Assembly: GCA_963675595.2 (NCBI GenBank)
Contig: CAXXLZ010000002.1
Location: 3,872,001 to 3,936,000, forward strand
Direction of reading: 5' to 3'
Length of the DNA: 64,000 nucleotides
Origin: Thermodesulfobacteriota bacterium
GTDB lineage: Bacteria > Desulfobacterota > Desulfarculia > JACQYL01
Shown here: one piece after another, positions 60,208-64,000 of the stretch
How positions within the stretch are numbered: the stretch's first letter is position 1
Layout: the number at the start of each line of letters is the position of its first letter
Position numbers and translations under genes: made by a program
Notes under the pieces: generated by a model
What the model was told of the DNA's origin: nothing
Database searches by the model: none
What the model saw: only the letters and a program-made list of their open reading frames with translations

Positions 60208-62427
60208 ATGCGTCGGATTCAGCCACTACGAGTCGTCTTGCTCCTGCTGTGGGTCCTGTTTTTGCAGGCCGTTCCGCTCCCGCCTCCAGCCGGGGCCGTG
60301 GAGGAATACGCTTTGGCCACGGGCAAGGCCTGCATTTTCTGCCACGTGGAATCCACCGGGGGCGACCTGAAAACCATGGGTTTCGCCTACATCCGCAACG
60401 GGTACCGCTACCCCGTCCCTGAACGGATTTTCAAGAAGGTGGCGTCGTTCCGGGACCCGGTGCACAAAGCCGTCCGCTTTGGGGTGGGTTACCTCCATTT
60501 GCTGGCCGCCGTGGTGTTTTTCGGAGCCATCTTCTATATCCACATCTTCGTGAGGCCGAAACGATTCCGAGGGGGCATTCCCAGGAACGAGAGAATCCTT
60601 GGAGTCTCCTGCATGGCGATGTTGGCCGGTACCGGCGCCTACCTCACGTGGTTGCGTATCGAGCGTTGGGAGCAGTTCTTCGACAATACCTTCGGTCTGA
60701 TGCTGTTCTGCAAGATCATCCTATTTGTCGTTATGGTCCTGGTGGGACTTACGGCCGCCACCGCGGTGAATCACCTCATGAAGAAAGAGGCGAGGGAAGC
60801 GTCCGATTCCCAAAACAAAGCCTCGGGCTCCGATCTTTCCGGTTTCGACGGATTGGAGGGCCGGCCCGCCTATATCGCCTACCAGGGGAAAGTCTACGAC
60901 GTTACCGAGAGCCTCAAGTGGAAGGACGGAAAACATTTCGGCAAGCATGCGGCCGGCGGGGATCTGACCGAAGCCCTGAAAGGAGCGCCTCATGGGCCGG
61001 AGGTCCTCGAACGGATGAAGGCGGTGTCCGGCATGGAGCCGGATACGGCGAAGAAGGTTCCCTCCAGTCCCGCCCATTCCGTTTTCGTCTGGATGGCTTA
61101 TGTCAACCTGATCATCGTATTCCTGATTCTCGCCTGCATCAGTGTGTGGCGTTGGGGGTTTCCCATTCGCTTGGTTCCCGAGCAACGGAAAGCGGCCGTC
61201 GTGGCGGCCGGTTGCATTGCGTGCCACGAGAAAAGAAACCCGGGTTTGGTGAGCGACTGGAGAAACGGGGTGCACGCACGCGTCGGCGTGGACTGCTACA
61301 AGTGTCACAAGGCAGGGGCGGATTCGAGCGAGTCGGCCAACGGGGCCCATTTCGAGCATGACCCGAATCCCGTTTCCGTGGTGGTCGGTCCGAAGACGTG
61401 CTCAGGATGTCACCCCAAACAGGTTGCGCAGTATGCTTTGAGCAAACACGCGCGTACACGGGAAATCATGTGGAAAGTGGATCCGTGGATCAAGGACGGA
61501 ATGAACAACGAGATCGAAAGGATCACGGGTTGCTTTGCCTGCCACGGCACCGAGGTGACCCTTGCCGACGGCAAACCTTTTCCGGGCACCTGGCCCAACG
61601 TGGGAGTGGGAAGAGAGAATCCGGACGGGACCCGTGGAAGTTGTTCGAGCTGTCACACTCGCCACAGATTCTCCGTGGAGGAGGCGCGCAAGCCCGAGTC
61701 CTGCGGTCAGTGCCACCTCGGCCCGGATCATCCTCAGATCGAGATCTACAACGAATCCAAACACGGCGCCGTCTATCATACGGAGGGTGCGCAATGGAGT
61801 TGGAGAGGAGAGGACGGCCAATGGCTGGCGGGACGTGATTATCGGGCGCCCACGTGCGCCGCATGCCACATGTCGGGTTCCCGGACGGCGGAGGCAAGCC
61901 ATGACGTAACCGGTCGACTCTCCTGGGAGCTGCAGACCGCCCTGACCGTGCGGCCTTCCGATTTCGAACCGCTACCCTCATCGGTGGGATGGAAAGACGC
62001 GCGAGCCGCCATGCAGTCCGTGTGTTTTCAGTGTCATTCGAAGACGTGGACCGAGCACCACTTCTCGAATCTGGACGCGGTTGTGGACAACTACGACCGC
62101 AACTACTTCGCCCCGGCCCGCGAGCGAATCGCCCGATTGTATTCTCAAGGGAAGCTTTCCGGAACGTTGTATTTCGACGAACCTCTTGAATGGGATTACT
62201 ACGAACTTTGGCATCATGAGGGGCGCAGGGCCCGCATGGGAGCGGCCATGATGGCCCCGGACTATGCCTGGTGGCACGGCTTTTACGAAGTGAAACATCG
62301 TTTTTTGAATCTCATGAGGCATGCGGACCACATCGGAGATACGGGGGCGGAGACGCGATTTCCGCTCTTTCCGGGGCGACATGAATCGGTGAGGCCCCGG
62401 ACTTTGGAGGAGGATTTACCGGAATAG
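60208..62427 (+). CDS. Membrane-anchored fusion: monoheme cyt c, multi-TM domain, cytochrome b5-like domain and octaheme HAO-family domain
   Basis: CIFCH, TM helices, GKVYDVT...H.AG.DLT...APHG, then eight CxxCH with CHTRH-F-S, CHLGPDHPQ and APDY. Confidence 0.87.
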   Translation: MRRIQPLRVVLLLLWVLFLQAVPLPPPAGAVEEYALATGKACIFCHVESTGGDLKTMGFAYIRNGYRYPVPERIFKKVASFRDPVHKAVRFGVGYLHLLAAVVFFGAIFYIHIFVRPKRFRGGIPRNERILGVSCMAMLAGTGAYLTWLRIERWEQFFDNTFGLMLFCKIILFVVMVLVGLTAATAVNHLMKKEAREASDSQNKASGSDLSGFDGLEGRPAYIAYQGKVYDVTESLKWKDGKHFGKHAAGGDLTEALKGAPHGPEVLERMKAVSGMEPDTAKKVPSSPAHSVFVWMAYVNLIIVFLILACISVWRWGFPIRLVPEQRKAAVVAAGCIACHEKRNPGLVSDWRNGVHARVGVDCYKCHKAGADSSESANGAHFEHDPNPVSVVVGPKTCSGCHPKQVAQYALSKHARTREIMWKVDPWIKDGMNNEIERITGCFACHGTEVTLADGKPFPGTWPNVGVGRENPDGTRGSCSSCHTRHRFSVEEARKPESCGQCHLGPDHPQIEIYNESKHGAVYHTEGAQWSWRGEDGQWLAGRDYRAPTCAACHMSGSRTAEASHDVTGRLSWELQTALTVRPSDFEPLPSSVGWKDARAAMQSVCFQCHSKTWTEHHFSNLDAVVDNYDRNYFAPARERIARLYSQGKLSGTLYFDEPLEWDYYELWHHEGRRARMGAAMMAPDYAWWHGFYEVKHRFLNLMRHADHIGDTGAETRFPLFPGRHESVRPRTLEEDLPE

Positions 62428-62463
62428 GTCGGGTGCCCCTTTTTCCGGCGAGGAGACGTATCT

Positions 62464-63000
62464 GTGTCCGGAACCGGATATGGAGAGCTTTTCGTCGGGT
62501 TTTGGAGGGTGAAATTTGCCGATTCACCGATACGGATCGTATGGTTTTCACCGATGACTCCTTTTTTCTATTTTCAAGATGACGTGACGGTTTCCGGGAA
62601 TTGCCTGGGATGCGGAAAGTGCTGCCGGAATCTGGTTCTGGTTCACCGCGGGAAGCCCGTGCGACTGGAGGCCGAATTCGAGGCGCTCAAGAAGACGAAT
62701 CCGTTCTACGAGAACATGGAGCCCGTCGGCCGATCGAGAGAGGATGCTCTCCTATATTTTTGGTGTCGGCTGCTCCGTGAAGACAACAGCTGCGGAGATT
62801 ATGAACGTCGGCCGGCCATGTGCAGAAGTTATCCGGATCCCAAGGTCTTCCGATTGGGGGGGAGGTTGTTGTCCGGCTGCGGATACCGGGTTTCTCCCCG
62901 GAAGGACTTCGCGCGGGTTCTGGAGGAATCGCTGAACCGGAGTCCGACCATGTGGGGCCGATTACTCAATTATCTCAAAGGAACGCTGAATTCCCCATGA
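62464..63000 (+). CDS. YkgJ-family CxxCxxCC protein (start uncertain)
   Basis: CLGCGKCC, C.LL..DNSC..YERRP.MCRSYP. Confidence 0.85.
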   Translation: MSGTGYGELFVGFWRVKFADSPIRIVWFSPMTPFFYFQDDVTVSGNCLGCGKCCRNLVLVHRGKPVRLEAEFEALKKTNPFYENMEPVGRSREDALLYFWCRLLREDNSCGDYERRPAMCRSYPDPKVFRLGGRLLSGCGYRVSPRKDFARVLEESLNRSPTMWGRLLNYLKGTLNSP

Positions 63001-63971
63001 TCGAGCTTCCCTGGATCAAACGCGCTTCCAAAGCCGAGCTCCATCTGCATCTTGAAGGAAGCATTCCTCTGGAAATCCTGCGAAGCGCGGCAAACCGTAA
63101 GGGCCTTCCTTCCGTGCCCCGGAACTTTTACGCTTTCCGGGATTTCCATGAATTCGACACGATTTTTTCCCGCTTGCCCGGCCTTCTCTACGAGGAGGAG
63201 GATTTTTACCTGATTGGTTTGGCCCTCGCTTCAAGACAGGCTGCGGACGGTGTGGCGTATACCGAAACGTTCACCATGCCGGTGGCCTGGGAGAAGGCGG
63301 GCATACCGCTGAAGGCGGTGCTCGGCGGCGTGGATGCCGGCCTCAAGGAAGGGGAACGCATCCACGGAGTCTGCGTGCGCCTGATCTACTCGATTCCGAG
63401 GCTTTGGGGTGAAGGGCCCGGCTTGCGAACCCTGGAAATCATTCGGGAATTTCCCCTCGACCGTGTGGTGGGAGTGGATCTGACGGGGCCGGAACACCCG
63501 GGTACCGTGGCGCCCTTTCGGCGGATTTTTCGGCAGGCACGGTCCATGGGGCTGCAGACCGTGGCTCATGCCGGCGAGTTTTCTTCGCCGAAACAGGTGT
63601 GGGAGACCTTGAGGCTGCTCAAACCCCGGCGCATCGGTCATGGAATCTGCTCCGCGGAGGACGAATCCTTGATGGAACATTTGGCGCGGGAGGATGTGCC
63701 TCTGGAGATTTCCCTGGGAAGCAACGTGCTCTTGGGCGCCGTACCCGCCCTGGAGGATCATCCGGTGAGGAATCTGTTCGAGCACGGCGTACCGATCGTG
63801 ATCAACACGGACGATCCGGCCTTCTTCGGCGTTTCGCTCACTGGGGAGCTTTCGCGTCTGGTGACGAACCTGGGATTTGTTCGAGAAGAAGTGGAAGGAT
63901 TGATGGAGAACGGATTCCGGTATGCTTTCTCGAAAAACGCACAAGGATTTTGCGCTCCGAGGACTTGCTGA
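62997..63971 (+). CDS. Adenosine/adenine deaminase family protein
   Basis: KAELHLHLEGS, AHAGE, RIGHG, NTDDP; ATGA overlap with the upstream gene. Confidence 0.92.
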   Translation: MIELPWIKRASKAELHLHLEGSIPLEILRSAANRKGLPSVPRNFYAFRDFHEFDTIFSRLPGLLYEEEDFYLIGLALASRQAADGVAYTETFTMPVAWEKAGIPLKAVLGGVDAGLKEGERIHGVCVRLIYSIPRLWGEGPGLRTLEIIREFPLDRVVGVDLTGPEHPGTVAPFRRIFRQARSMGLQTVAHAGEFSSPKQVWETLRLLKPRRIGHGICSAEDESLMEHLAREDVPLEISLGSNVLLGAVPALEDHPVRNLFEHGVPIVINTDDPAFFGVSLTGELSRLVTNLGFVREEVEGLMENGFRYAFSKNAQGFCAPRTC

Positions 63972-64000
63972 ATCGGGCTCGCCGACCTGTCGGGAAGCGC

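Overview
Chromosomal window from a GC-rich anaerobic deltaproteobacterium (Desulfobacterota-like, judged from the 16S sequence and gene content). It opens with a conserved housekeeping block (glmS, zapB-like, zapA, probable 6S RNA, rny, ymdB) and a complete rRNA operon (16S, tRNA-Ile, tRNA-Ala, 23S, 5S), followed by about 45 metabolic and accessory genes. No CRISPR array, integrase or transposase was seen. The most striking uncharacterised locus is an operon encoding an ACP, two paralogous radical SAM enzymes, two catalytically intact FabF-type ketosynthases, a thioesterase and a stand-alone PKS-type dehydratase (16.3-22.7 kb), a candidate oxygen-independent pathway for an unusual fatty acid or polyketide. 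Converging on it is a ParB/Srx-like gene coupled to a three-domain MtrA-like/ThyA-like/DUF4346-like protein, followed by a divergent pair of paralogous Cys-rich microproteins. Other highlights: a Crp regulator with an NtcA-like recognition helix and an exact GTA-N8-TAC-N22-TATGAT promoter, an unnamed C-terminal domain shared by two unrelated secreted proteins, an MlaF-type ATPase fused to a degenerate GGDEF domain, a CoA-transferase-GNAT fusion with an altered catalytic residue, an IspH-UbiA fusion and two reductive-type octaheme HAO-family cytochromes. All calls come from reading motifs by eye; no database search was run.
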